This document shows positions 55,108 to 64,000 of a DNA stretch of 64,000 bases, piece after piece; positions within the stretch are counted from its first letter, which is position 1, and the number at the start of each line of letters is the position of its first letter. A program made the position numbers and the translations under genes. This stretch comes from Burkholderiales bacterium (GTDB taxonomy: Bacteria; Pseudomonadota; Gammaproteobacteria; Burkholderiales; SHXO01). The DNA is taken from positions 1,428 to 65,427 of the forward strand of contig JBJXGQ010000191.1 of the NCBI GenBank assembly GCA_046160525.1. The letters are read 5' to 3'. The notes under the pieces were generated by a model. That model had not been told where the DNA came from. It made no database searches and saw only the letters and a program-made list of their open reading frames with translations.

Positions 55108-56031
55108 TTGTCCCGTACATCCCAACTTTCCATCCCGCTTGCTCCGGGCCCAACCGAGGCCGTAGGCATTGGTGCCGCGGAGAGGGAGACCGGCCTTTCG
55201 AAGGATACGCTTCGCATTTGGGAACGGCGCTACGGTTTCCCCCAGCCCGGGCGGGATGTGAATGGAGAACGCGTCTATTCCGCGGAACAGGTGGAAAAAC
55301 TGTGCCTCATCCGCCGCTTGATGGAGCGCGGCCTGCGGCCCGGCAAAATCATCTCCCTGGACCTCGGTGCCCTTGAATCCCTTAGTCCTCGAAGCACGCG
55401 CTTGGACGAGGAAAGAGAGGATCTGGCGCTTTTCCTCGAACTATTGCGTGACCACAACGTGGCTGGTTTTCGCCACCAGCTCTCGCAAGCGCTCATGCGC
55501 CAAGGGTTGAAACACTTCGTCCTCGAAACTGTCGTCCCGCTTGATGAACATGTCCGTGGCAGCTGGATGCGGGGCGATCTTCAGTTATTCGAAGAACATT
55601 TCTATGCCGAACATATTCAGGGCGCCCTACGTAGCGCCATTCATTCCCTTCAGCACGAGGGGAGCGCACCACGCGTACTGCTAGCGGCGTTTACGAGCGA
55701 ATTTCGCGCGTTACTCATCATGGAGGCGCTATGCCGCGTGGAAGGCGCCATATGCATTGCCCTCGGACCGCAAACGCCATGCAGGGAAATAGCTCGCGCG
55801 GCGGCGGCCCACGGGGCCGCTATCGTGGGCTTGGCATTCGGCACCATGAACCAGGATGTCATTTCCGGTCTATCCGAGCTACGCTCTCTCATGCCGCGCG
55901 GCACCGCCATTTGGGCCACTGGCAATAACACAGCGCGAACGAAGAAGCCCGTACAGGGTGTGGAATTCTTCCAAGATATGAGCCACGTCCCGGTGTTATT
56001 ACAAAGATGGCGGTCGAGCCATGGCCTCTAG
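55108..56031 (+). CDS. MerR family transcriptional regulator with CarH/LitR-like C-terminal (B12-binding-like) domain
   Basis: 307 aa. The HTH region ([25 protein letters not shown]) is followed by a helical linker and the Rossmann-like [39 protein letters not shown] start. Confidence 0.75.
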   Translation: MSRTSQLSIPLAPGPTEAVGIGAAERETGLSKDTLRIWERRYGFPQPGRDVNGERVYSAEQVEKLCLIRRLMERGLRPGKIISLDLGALESLSPRSTRLDEEREDLALFLELLRDHNVAGFRHQLSQALMRQGLKHFVLETVVPLDEHVRGSWMRGDLQLFEEHFYAEHIQGALRSAIHSLQHEGSAPRVLLAAFTSEFRALLIMEALCRVEGAICIALGPQTPCREIARAAAAHGAAIVGLAFGTMNQDVISGLSELRSLMPRGTAIWATGNNTARTKKPVQGVEFFQDMSHVPVLLQRWRSSHGL

Positions 56032-56509
56032 CCCGCAGCGATTCGAGGGCAAGATCGTCGCGGCCGCCAATCTTCAGGAACGCTGCCTGGATCTGCCTAA
56101 ACCCATCGTATTCACCAATGGCTGTTTTGACATCCTGCACCGGGGTCACGTCACCTACCTCGCGCAGGCCCGGGCATTAGGTGCCAGCCTCATCGTTGCA
56201 TTGAATAGTGATGAATCCGTTCGCCGTCTGGGCAAAGGCGAAGACCGCCCAATAAACACGCTTGAAGACCGCATGGCGGTGATGGCGGCATTGGAATGCG
56301 CCGATCTTGTCACCTCCTTCGATGATGACACACCCCTCAGTTTGATTCTCCTGTGCCGGCCACAGATTCTCGTCAAAGGCGGAGATTGGCCCGCGGAGAG
56401 CATCGTCGGCGCGCGCGAGGTACTGTCCTGGGGCGGCCGGGTACACTCCATTCCATTTATTCACGACCGTTCGACCACACGCTTGGTCAAGCGGATTCGG
56501 TCATCTTAG
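56021..56509 (+). CDS. rfaE2: D-glycero-beta-D-manno-heptose 1-phosphate adenylyltransferase (HldE domain II)
   Basis: 162 aa. [18 protein letters not shown] cytidylyltransferase motif. Confidence 0.92.
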   Translation: MASSPQRFEGKIVAAANLQERCLDLPKPIVFTNGCFDILHRGHVTYLAQARALGASLIVALNSDESVRRLGKGEDRPINTLEDRMAVMAALECADLVTSFDDDTPLSLILLCRPQILVKGGDWPAESIVGAREVLSWGGRVHSIPFIHDRSTTRLVKRIRSS

Positions 56510-56557
56510 AAAAAGGCCGCTTCGCTCCCCAGCGAAGACCTGCCAGGAGAAACCCGT

Positions 56558-58300
56558 ATGTCCAGTTCCAATCCACCGTCCTCCTTTGGCCGCGATGTGT
56601 GGAGTCTTATCGGCCCTTTCTGGAAATCCGAACAAAAGAAGGCCGCTTGGATATTGCTCATTTCCGTATTAGCGCTCACCCTGGCGCTGGTCTATGTCGA
56701 AGTGCTCTTCAACGACTGGTACAACCGTTTCTATACCGCGCTCCAGCACAAGGCAAAGGACGATTTCTTCAAGGAGATGGGATGGTTCATGGTATTGGCC
56801 ACCGTATGGATCATCATGACGGTGTATGCGACCTACCTGGCGCAGTTGCTACAGATTCGGTGGCGCACGTGGCTCACCACCTCGGTCACCGGAGACTGGC
56901 TATCCAACCGCAACTACTACCGGCTCCAATTGAAAGACCAGCAGAACGACAATCCCGACCAACGGATCGCCGAAGATCTCAAGATTTTCGTTTCAACCAC
57001 GCTCAACCTCTCGCTGGGCTTATTAAGCGCCGTGGTGACCTTTGTCACCTTCGTCACCTTGCTGTGGAACCAATCCGGCCCCTTGGCTTTCTCCATCGGC
57101 GAAGTGCACATCAGTATTCCTGGCTACATGGTGTGGGTCGCCCTCATTTATGCTGGGGTTGGAAGTTGGTTGATCCTCAAGGTGGGACGCCCGCTAGTCA
57201 CCATCAACAATGACCAGCAGCGCTATGAGGCCGACTACCGCTTTAGCTTGGCGCGATTCCGCGAAAATACGGAAGGGGTCGCCCTATACAAGGGGGAGAA
57301 GCACGAGTTGGAGCAGTTCGACCTGCGATTTAGCAGCGTGGTGAAGAACTGGTTGTTGATGATGAAGCGGCAGAAACTGCTAGGTTGGTGGCAGTATGGT
57401 TACGGGCAGCTCGCGGTACCGTTCCCTTACTTGGTGGCCGCGCCGCGCTACTTCTCGGGCGCCTTCGAGTTGGGCGGCCTGATGCAAATCGCCAACACCT
57501 TCGGCCAAGTGAAGGGTTCGCTATCCTGGTTCGTCAACGCCTTCGATAGCCTTGCCACTTGGAAAGCGACATCCAATCGCATCGTGGGATTTCGCCGCGC
57601 CTTAGCCGAAGCGCAACGCGAATCGGCCACGGCCCAAGGCCCGCAAGTGCTGGCAGGGATGGACAAAGATGTTGTCTTCCAGAATCTCGACATTCGGCTA
57701 CCGGAGGGATCTCCCATCGTCGCCGCACCGGCATTCTCCATCGGCCCGGCGGAACGATTACTCATCAAGGGGCCCACCGGCTGCGGCAAGAGCACGCTAT
57801 TTCGTAGCATCGCGGGCATCTGGCCTTTTGGGCAAGGACAGATCAAAGTGCCGGAGAATTTCGATGTCCTCTTCGTTCCGCAACGGCCCTACTTTCCCTT
57901 AGGCAGCTTGCGGATTGCTCTTTCGTACCCATCGTCCGCCGGTACTTTTCCCGACGAGGTCTTGCGCACAGCCTTGGCTGACGTGGGCTTGCCGCATTTG
58001 GCGCAACGTTTGGACGAGGAACGCTCCTGGGGTATGCAGCTCTCGGGCGGGGAACAGCAGCGCATCGCCATCGCGCGCGCAATCTTGCAGAAACCGCGCT
58101 GGTTGTTCTTGGATGAGGCAACCGCGAGCCTCGATGACGCAAGCCAAGATAGCATGTACCAAATATTGACCGAGCGCCTATCAAACACCACTATCGTCAG
58201 CATCGGGCACCGGGCAAACTTGGCGCGCTTCCATTCCCGGGTGGTTGAGCTTCGCCCCGGCGAGGCCGGTGCCAGCCGCCTCGTTCTCTCCACGTCGTGA
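56558..58300 (+). CDS. fused permease/ATPase ABC transporter, SbmA/BacA-like (ABC_membrane_2, YddA/COG4178) family
   Basis: 580 aa. N-terminal 6-TM domain with FNDWYNRFYTALQ. NBD has Walker A GPTGCGKST, LSGGEQQRIAIAR and Walker B LFLDEATASLD. Confidence 0.9.
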   Translation: MSSSNPPSSFGRDVWSLIGPFWKSEQKKAAWILLISVLALTLALVYVEVLFNDWYNRFYTALQHKAKDDFFKEMGWFMVLATVWIIMTVYATYLAQLLQIRWRTWLTTSVTGDWLSNRNYYRLQLKDQQNDNPDQRIAEDLKIFVSTTLNLSLGLLSAVVTFVTFVTLLWNQSGPLAFSIGEVHISIPGYMVWVALIYAGVGSWLILKVGRPLVTINNDQQRYEADYRFSLARFRENTEGVALYKGEKHELEQFDLRFSSVVKNWLLMMKRQKLLGWWQYGYGQLAVPFPYLVAAPRYFSGAFELGGLMQIANTFGQVKGSLSWFVNAFDSLATWKATSNRIVGFRRALAEAQRESATAQGPQVLAGMDKDVVFQNLDIRLPEGSPIVAAPAFSIGPAERLLIKGPTGCGKSTLFRSIAGIWPFGQGQIKVPENFDVLFVPQRPYFPLGSLRIALSYPSSAGTFPDEVLRTALADVGLPHLAQRLDEERSWGMQLSGGEQQRIAIARAILQKPRWLFLDEATASLDDASQDSMYQILTERLSNTTIVSIGHRANLARFHSRVVELRPGEAGASRLVLSTS

Positions 58301-58453
58301 ACGGACTCGAATTGCGCACGCGCCGGTTGCTCCTGCCGCGGCCCAGTCCTATACTGGCTCGACGGATTCTGTAGCGAGCCCCTCGCTTCTTGGACTGGAG
58401 GCTGGCTACAGGCTCTAAGCTTTCGTTCATGCCATAGTTGGGAGGATAGGACC

Positions 58454-60499
58454 ATGGGGCAGTTCCGGAGCGAGCACATCCGTACCATTGCAATGGTGGG
58501 CCAGGGGGGCGCGGGTAAAACCACGCTCATCGAGCAGATCTTGGCGCGCAGCAAAGCCATCGCCAGCGCGGGCGCGGTGGAGAAAGGCAGCACCGTGTGC
58601 GATTACGACCCGTTGGAAAAGACACACGGGCATTCCCTGAAACTCGCCATCGCGCACACGGCCTACCAAGACACGCTCATCCACCTCATCGACACGCCTG
58701 GTTACCTGGATTTTCTGGGACAGTCCCTGCCCGCGCTCTCCGCCGCTGAAACCGCCGCCGTGGTCATCAATGCGCAGAATGGTCCCGAACTTTTGTCCAG
58801 CCGCATGATGCAATGGGCGGGAGAGCGCAACCTGTGCCGGCTCATCATTGTCAACAAGATCGATGCCGACAATGTGGATCTGAAGCAAGTCCTCACGCGA
58901 ATCCAGGAAACCTACGGGAAGGAATGCCTGCCCGTCAATCTTCCAGCGGACGGTGGCAAGAAAGTGGTGGATTGTTTTTTCGACCCGTCCGGAACCTCCG
59001 AGTTGATGTCCGTCGAACAAGCCCACACGGCGCTGGTCGATCAAGTGGTGGAAGTGGACGAGGAACTCATGTCCGTCTACCTCGACCAAGGCCACGTCAC
59101 CCCGGAGCAGTTACACGCGCCCTTCGAGAAAGCACTGCGCGAAGGTCATCTGGTGCCAGTGTGTTTTGTTTCCGCGCGCACAGGCGCTGGGCTGGATCAG
59201 TTGCTGAACATCTTTACCCGCCTCATGCCCAACCCCGCGGAGGCTAATCCGCCCATGTTCATCAAGGGCGAGGGCGCGCAAGCCCACCCGCTCCAGGCCG
59301 AGCCCGACGCCAGCAAGCATGTTCTGGCGCACATATTCAAGGTGGAGATCGATCCTTTCATCGGCAAGCTTGGCGTCTTCAGGGTCGAGCAAGGCACGGT
59401 GCGCACCGGTACCCAGCTGTTCGCGGGGGACGCCCGCAAGCCGTTCAAGGTTGCGCACCTATACCGCCTGCAAGGCAAGCAGCACATCGAGGTGGATCAA
59501 GCGGTCCCGGGCGATATCTGCGCCGTAGCGAAGGTCGATGACCTGCACTTTGGCGACGTGCTGCACGATGCTCCGGAAGATGACCACATCCATATCCGGC
59601 CCTTGCAATTTCCCGCGCCCGTATTCGGCCTTGCCGTGGAACCGCAAAAACGCGGCGACGAGGGAAAATTGATGGACGTGCTGCACAAATTGGAAGCGGA
59701 GGATCCGAGCCTGCGCGTGGAACGCAGTGCCACCGCTCACGAGACCGTGATTCGCGGCCTGGGTGAGCTGCACCTACGCCGCGTGCTGGAAAAAATGGAA
59801 AAAAATTACCAGCTCACGCTCACCACCCATCCGCCGCGTATTCCCTATATCGAAACCATCAGCGCGAAGGCGGAGGGGCACCACCGCCATAAGAAACAAA
59901 CGGGCGGCGCCGGGCAGTTCGGCGAGGTATTTCTACGCGTCGAGCCACTCCCCCGTGGCAGCGGTTTCGAGTTCGTGGACGACATTCATGGCGGCACGAT
60001 CCCCGGGCAATATCTTCCGGCGGTGGAAAAGGGCGTGCGCCAGGCCCTTGAAGCAGGCCCCGTCTCCGGCCATCCCGTGCAAGACGTGCGCGTCATCGTC
60101 TACGACGGTAAGTATCACGCCGTGGATTCCAAGGAAGTAGCCTTCGTGGCCGCCGGCAAAAAGGCTTTTCTCGATGCCATGAGCAAGGCCAGGCCCGTAG
60201 TGCTCGAACCCATCGTCAACATCGACGTCTATGCTCCGCCCAATTCCATGGGCGATATCGCGGGCGAGCTTTCCGGCAAACGCGGACAAGTCAGCGGAAA
60301 TGACGCGGGCAGCAACGGCTTGATGAAAGTTTCGGCACGCGCGCCCTTGGCGGAATTGGATAATTTTCAGTCACGCTTGAAATCGCTAACCGGAGGCCAG
60401 GGATCGTACACCTTGGAATTTAGCCACTACGACGCGGCGCCGCCTAACATTCAGGCGCAGCTGGCCGCTCAGTACAAACCGGCTGCTCACGACGACTGA
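58454..60499 (+). CDS. divergent elongation factor G paralog (EF-G-like GTPase)
   Basis: 681 aa, GGAGG SD. G1 GQGGAGKTT, G3 DTPGYLDF, G4 NKID. EF-G domains II-V are recognisable (FKVEIDPFIGKLGVFRVEQGT; GELHLRRVLEKM; HKKQTGGAGQFG; EPIVNIDVYAP). Confidence 0.9.
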   Translation: MGQFRSEHIRTIAMVGQGGAGKTTLIEQILARSKAIASAGAVEKGSTVCDYDPLEKTHGHSLKLAIAHTAYQDTLIHLIDTPGYLDFLGQSLPALSAAETAAVVINAQNGPELLSSRMMQWAGERNLCRLIIVNKIDADNVDLKQVLTRIQETYGKECLPVNLPADGGKKVVDCFFDPSGTSELMSVEQAHTALVDQVVEVDEELMSVYLDQGHVTPEQLHAPFEKALREGHLVPVCFVSARTGAGLDQLLNIFTRLMPNPAEANPPMFIKGEGAQAHPLQAEPDASKHVLAHIFKVEIDPFIGKLGVFRVEQGTVRTGTQLFAGDARKPFKVAHLYRLQGKQHIEVDQAVPGDICAVAKVDDLHFGDVLHDAPEDDHIHIRPLQFPAPVFGLAVEPQKRGDEGKLMDVLHKLEAEDPSLRVERSATAHETVIRGLGELHLRRVLEKMEKNYQLTLTTHPPRIPYIETISAKAEGHHRHKKQTGGAGQFGEVFLRVEPLPRGSGFEFVDDIHGGTIPGQYLPAVEKGVRQALEAGPVSGHPVQDVRVIVYDGKYHAVDSKEVAFVAAGKKAFLDAMSKARPVVLEPIVNIDVYAPPNSMGDIAGELSGKRGQVSGNDAGSNGLMKVSARAPLAELDNFQSRLKSLTGGQGSYTLEFSHYDAAPPNIQAQLAAQYKPAAHDD

Positions 60500-60521
60500 T
60501 GAGCCGCCAAGTCTAAGCGAG

Positions 60522-61172
60522 TTAGTTTTCCGCTCCCGCCCGTGCATTCCTTGAACGGGGGCAACTCACCTGCTTAAGGCTGGCGCCGGCGAACTGGGCT
60601 TTAATTTCCGCGAGTTGCGCAACCTGCTCGGCGCTTGCCTCCTGCAGGTAGAACAAGGTGCGGGTGACATTTCGTATTTCCGCGCGCGCTCCATCGACGC
60701 CCTTGCGCTTGAGTTCTTCCAGCAACCTTAGCGCCGCTTCTTCGGATTTGAACACTCCGAAAGAAATAGCGTGCTTCCATGGGCTATTTTCGTCGAACAG
60801 CGGGTAGCCCTTGATCCCCATTTTCTGTAGCTGCCTGGCTTCCTGCATGGCGGCGCTGTAGGAGCTAAACGGTGCGATGTATACCCACCATTGCGCTGGG
60901 AGCGGCATCTCCAAGCTCGATACCTGGCTTTTCAAGGATTTTTCTTCCAGCATATGGCGCACCGATAGCACTTCTTCGCCGTTGAAGGGACCCAGCTCCA
61001 TGCAAGGCACGCTCTCAGCTGGGTTGCCGGAGGAGGAAATAATCCGAATCTTATGCGCGTTCAGCGTGTCGGCCGCGGGTTTGCCAGGGGCAATAGAGCT
61101 TGCGATCTTGAGCAAGACAGCCAAGGCAACATTGAAGATGAGCAAAACCAAAACCGCGGCGCGCATGCTCAA
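60522..61172 (-). CDS. SPOR domain-containing protein
   Basis: 216 aa. N-terminal TM helix. C-terminal SPOR-like WWVYIAPFSSYSAAMQEARQLQKMGIKGYPL...ISFGVFKSEEAA. Confidence 0.8.
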   Translation of the reverse strand: MSMRAAVLVLLIFNVALAVLLKIASSIAPGKPAADTLNAHKIRIISSSGNPAESVPCMELGPFNGEEVLSVRHMLEEKSLKSQVSSLEMPLPAQWWVYIAPFSSYSAAMQEARQLQKMGIKGYPLFDENSPWKHAISFGVFKSEEAALRLLEELKRKGVDGARAEIRNVTRTLFYLQEASAEQVAQLAEIKAQFAGASLKQVSCPRSRNARAGAEN

Positions 61173-61900
61173 TCGCGCTGGGACGCAACGACGGCCAGGC
61201 CTTCGAGTACGAGGTTTGGAATCAGCTTGGCGTTTCTATCCAGCGTGGGTTGGAGATCCGCCGCGCCACCGCCGGTCATCACGATTTCGCAACTCGCCTC
61301 GCCCAGCGTACGCAGTGTATTCTCGATCCGGTTCAAGGCACCTCCCACCGCGAGGTAGGCGCCCGTGGCGATGGCATCCGCCGTATTGGTGGGAAGCAAG
61401 TGAAATTTTCCTCGTTGGCGTTTGAGTGCCGCTGTATGTCTTTCCAGGGCTTCGGCCATGATGGACGGATTCGGCAGAATGACTCCTCCCAAGAATTCAC
61501 CCTGGGCACTCATGGCGTCGATGGTCACGGCCGTGCCAGCGCTCAACACGACACACCCGCCCGCCACCCGTTTTCGCGCGCCAATGAGAGCAGCCCAGCG
61601 ATCGGCACCTAGTTGGCTCGGTTCGTCGTACCGGTTGGCCACGCCGCACTGGTTTGCCCTACTCACGATCCACTCCACCTGGCACCCACGCGCCGCCACG
61701 GCATGACCGATTTCCCGCCCAGCCTCCTCACCGGCGACATTGCACCCAACGACCCGGTGCGGGGCCGGATTGTCCGCCCACACACTCGCCAGCCGCGCGG
61801 AATCCGCCCTGGGCAAAGCCCCCATGGACAACCACTCGCCTTGATGGTGGAAACCCCATTTAATGCGGCTGTTACCCACATCGATGGCCAGTACGGTCAC
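61169..61900 (-). CDS. coaX: type III pantothenate kinase
   Basis: 243 aa. VLAIDVGNSRIKWG, GADRWAALIGA and VMTGGGA. Confidence 0.93.
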   Translation of the reverse strand: MTVLAIDVGNSRIKWGFHHQGEWLSMGALPRADSARLASVWADNPAPHRVVGCNVAGEEAGREIGHAVAARGCQVEWIVSRANQCGVANRYDEPSQLGADRWAALIGARKRVAGGCVVLSAGTAVTIDAMSAQGEFLGGVILPNPSIMAEALERHTAALKRQRGKFHLLPTNTADAIATGAYLAVGGALNRIENTLRTLGEASCEIVMTGGGAADLQPTLDRNAKLIPNLVLEGLAVVASQRD

Positions 61901-62907
61901 GGCTGCGTTGAGCCCATATGCGCAGGCTGGGCCGGCCGCAAGCTGATATCCCCGGAATAAATTTTCCGTTGGCCACCTTCGGCCGCCAGCAGCAAGGCTC
62001 CGTCTTCAGCGATTCCCGCCATCACGCCCGCCTGTGTCTCGCCATGAGCATAGGCCAACACGACAGGCCGTCCAATATAGGCCGCATGCGCGATCCATTC
62101 TTTTTTCAAGTTCTCGAATCCCTGCGCCTCGAATTGCACCATCGTTTCCTCGACGTGGCGTAAGCATACACCGAGTAGGTGGCTACGCCGGGTGCGCACC
62201 CCAAGGCGGTGCAGATCGGTAACGGGTTGGCCAATGGCGGTCTCCAATTTTTTGGGTAAGCGCACGTTGAGCCCGATTCCGATCACTATGGTAGCCAAAT
62301 CACTTGCCCGGCCGCCATGGGTTTCAATCAGCACACCGCCCAGTTTGCCCTCAGGCGCGATCAAGTCGTTGGGCCATTTCAGCATCGCACGGCGAATGCC
62401 CAACTCATGCAGAGCCCGCATCAGCCCAACCCCCACGACCAGACTGGAGGCCGAAAGCGCGGCGCCCTGCTTGGAGAAACGGTAAAGAACGGAGAATGTC
62501 AGTGCGTTTCCCAGCCCCGAATTCCACCGGCGGCCCAGCCGCCCGCGCCCTCCGGATTGCAGTTCCGCCGCCACCGCCAACCTGCCCTCGTGAGAATGCG
62601 CCGCTTCGGCCAGCACCACATCGTTGGTCGATACGGTCTCGTCGAGAATTCTGATCTCGTAGCGCGCGGCGCAAGGCCCCATGGCTTGTTGCGTTTCCTG
62701 CACACCCAACCAATCGATACCATCCGCGAGCACATAACCATGGCCCGGGCGCGATTGAATATCCACACCGTAGTCTCGCGCCTCGTCCATGGCCTGCGCC
62801 ACCTCTAGGCGCGTGACGCTAAATTCCGAGGCAAGCCGGTCCGCGGTACGTAACTCACCCGCGCCAAGGCTGCGTAGCACGCGGAACATCACCTGCATGG
62901 TATTCAT
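61897..62907 (-). CDS. birA: bifunctional biotin--[acetyl-CoA-carboxylase] ligase / repressor BirA
   Basis: N-terminal wHTH (FRVLRSLGAGELRTADRLASEFSVTRLEV). Ligase motifs QSGGRGRLGRRW and KWPNDL. Start chosen at ATG 62907; 62898, 62889 and 62964 are also possible. Confidence 0.9.
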   Translation of the reverse strand: MNTMQVMFRVLRSLGAGELRTADRLASEFSVTRLEVAQAMDEARDYGVDIQSRPGHGYVLADGIDWLGVQETQQAMGPCAARYEIRILDETVSTNDVVLAEAAHSHEGRLAVAAELQSGGRGRLGRRWNSGLGNALTFSVLYRFSKQGAALSASSLVVGVGLMRALHELGIRRAMLKWPNDLIAPEGKLGGVLIETHGGRASDLATIVIGIGLNVRLPKKLETAIGQPVTDLHRLGVRTRRSHLLGVCLRHVEETMVQFEAQGFENLKKEWIAHAAYIGRPVVLAYAHGETQAGVMAGIAEDGALLLAAEGGQRKIYSGDISLRPAQPAHMGSTQP

Positions 62908-63222
62908 TTCGGTCCGAGTATTGCGGCTGGCATCTCGGTACTGTAGCAGAGCAGGCCCGCGCATTGCACGCGGGCCTGAATGCGACGGTTAAGTGAGCGT
63001 GCCTCCGCCCACATGGTGCCCCGGTATAGACGAACGATGGGCGTGTTGCCCAGCTTATACTTGAAGCGCTTGTCCAATATGACCGGCACGATCCCCGGCA
63101 AGATGGCTCAACGGCTTTCCCATGCAAGAGAGTGCCACCGGTACCTAATTACACACGGACCCCCGCTGCAACCGTGCCGGATACACTTGTATCCTGCTCG
63201 TGACCCAATCGGAGAAGATGGC

Positions 63223-63750
63223 ATGAAATTCGTCGGACAGCTCATCGCAAAACACTTGGCACGTTATCCGCGCTTGCAGCTATTGGATGTTTATAAGCTG
63301 CTGCACCAAGCGGCGCTCGGTAATAGCCATGCCGTGAGCAATCCGCCGGAAGCGATGCGCCGCCTGGAGGCCGAACTTCAGGACATGCATGGGCCGCCCG
63401 AGCCTCTTTGGGAACCGATATCTCCCGACGGTAGCCTCGTTCGTGTGCATCTTCGGCCCTATGCGGCAGGCAAGCACGACACCGGGTCGCTAGCGGCAGC
63501 AGTTGTGCAAACGGCGGCGAGTTATCCGTCCGCCCCGGATAAGCTCGCCAAGTTTTGCGCCTGTACGGGCGACTTGGCATCCGAAGGCATCCTGCCTTTC
63601 AAGCGCGAGGAGGTCATCGCCTTCTTCGACGAGATCGCCGAACACGGATACCCCGCGGTGCGTCACTCCAAGGAATACCGGGAAGCCTACAAACCTTCCT
63701 ACCGGGTAGTCGCCTTGGAGTTACTGCCGCAGGCGGTGAAGTCCGCGTAG
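63223..63750 (+). CDS. hypothetical protein (no family recognised)
   Basis: 175 aa from the ATG at 63223 preceded by GGAGAAG. MKFVGQLIAKHLARYPRLQLLDVYKLLHQAALGNSH... has a plausible soluble-protein composition. The track's upstream extension to 62980 looks non-coding. Confidence 0.55.
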   Translation: MKFVGQLIAKHLARYPRLQLLDVYKLLHQAALGNSHAVSNPPEAMRRLEAELQDMHGPPEPLWEPISPDGSLVRVHLRPYAAGKHDTGSLAAAVVQTAASYPSAPDKLAKFCACTGDLASEGILPFKREEVIAFFDEIAEHGYPAVRHSKEYREAYKPSYRVVALELLPQAVKSA

Positions 63751-63808
63751 CGCTGGCCGGCTCGCCTGTGCTGGTGCATCGCGGGGGCTCGTGCGGCGAT
63801 TCTTCGAT

Positions 63809-64000
63809 ATGAACAGCTCTGCCTTGTACGCGCTTCTACTTTGGTTTCTCACCGCGCTATTCGCGCTGCGCGTCACGAGCCAAGCCATACAGCGCTGGTT
63901 CCCGCTAGCCGTCCTGCCACCCTTCGAGAAATTTCAAGGAAGCAACTTACCCTACACGATGCTGCTGGGCGCCCAAATCGTCATTCTGGCGCTCATGGCC
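63809..64000 (+). CDS. hypothetical membrane protein (N-terminal fragment; continues past the window)
   Basis: The ATG at 63809 opens a frame that runs to the window end. MNSSALYALLLWFLTALFALRV... has two hydrophobic segments. Not in the track because no stop lies in the window. Confidence 0.45.
   Translation, partial: MNSSALYALLLWFLTALFALRVTSQAIQRWFPLAVLPPFEKFQGSNLPYTMLLGAQIVILALMA

Overview
By eye this is a GC-rich chromosomal core segment with gene order typical of Betaproteobacteria (taxon is inference only). It is almost entirely housekeeping operons packed end to end. Left to right: a truncated SAM-methyltransferase, small accessory genes (DUF2934, SDR, META lipoprotein, FGE/SUMF1-like), a CAT-anticodon tRNA and speE-speD. 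Next come the rpsU-yqeY-dnaG-rpoD operon, tsaD, the plsY-xerD-ogt block, rpsP-rimM-trmD-rplS, a secreted alpha/beta hydrolase, ffh and ypjD-like. Then pilB-pilC | pilD-coaE-zapD-yacG, a Nudix/TenI fusion, a DUF815 ATPase, argJ, secA, an M23 peptidase, DUF721 (DciA family) and lpxC. A complete 16-gene dcw cluster (mraZ to ftsZ) follows, then RNase P RNA, pyrC, rsmI and lpoA-yraN-gmhA/diaA-BON. The right end holds a MerR/CarH-like regulator, rfaE2, an SbmA/BacA-type ABC transporter, a divergent EF-G paralog, SPOR-coaX-birA and two uncharacterised ORFs. I see no CRISPR array, transposon, prophage, integron or recognisable defence island, and no convincing new multi-gene system. The points most worth a second look are: (1) an rnpB about 130 nt longer than E. 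coli M1 RNA, with extra helices; (2) the mraZ control region, with four GTGGAG/GTGGGT boxes phased at exactly 10 bp plus an AT-rich palindrome/direct repeat; (3) an EF-G paralog whose catalytic His is Tyr, sitting next to an SbmA/BacA-like ABC transporter; (4) a CarH/LitR-like MerR regulator whose B12-ligand motif looks degenerate; (5) coaE with no canonical start codon. Many long ORFs in the supplied track are antisense or alternate-frame artefacts of the high GC content and were rejected.
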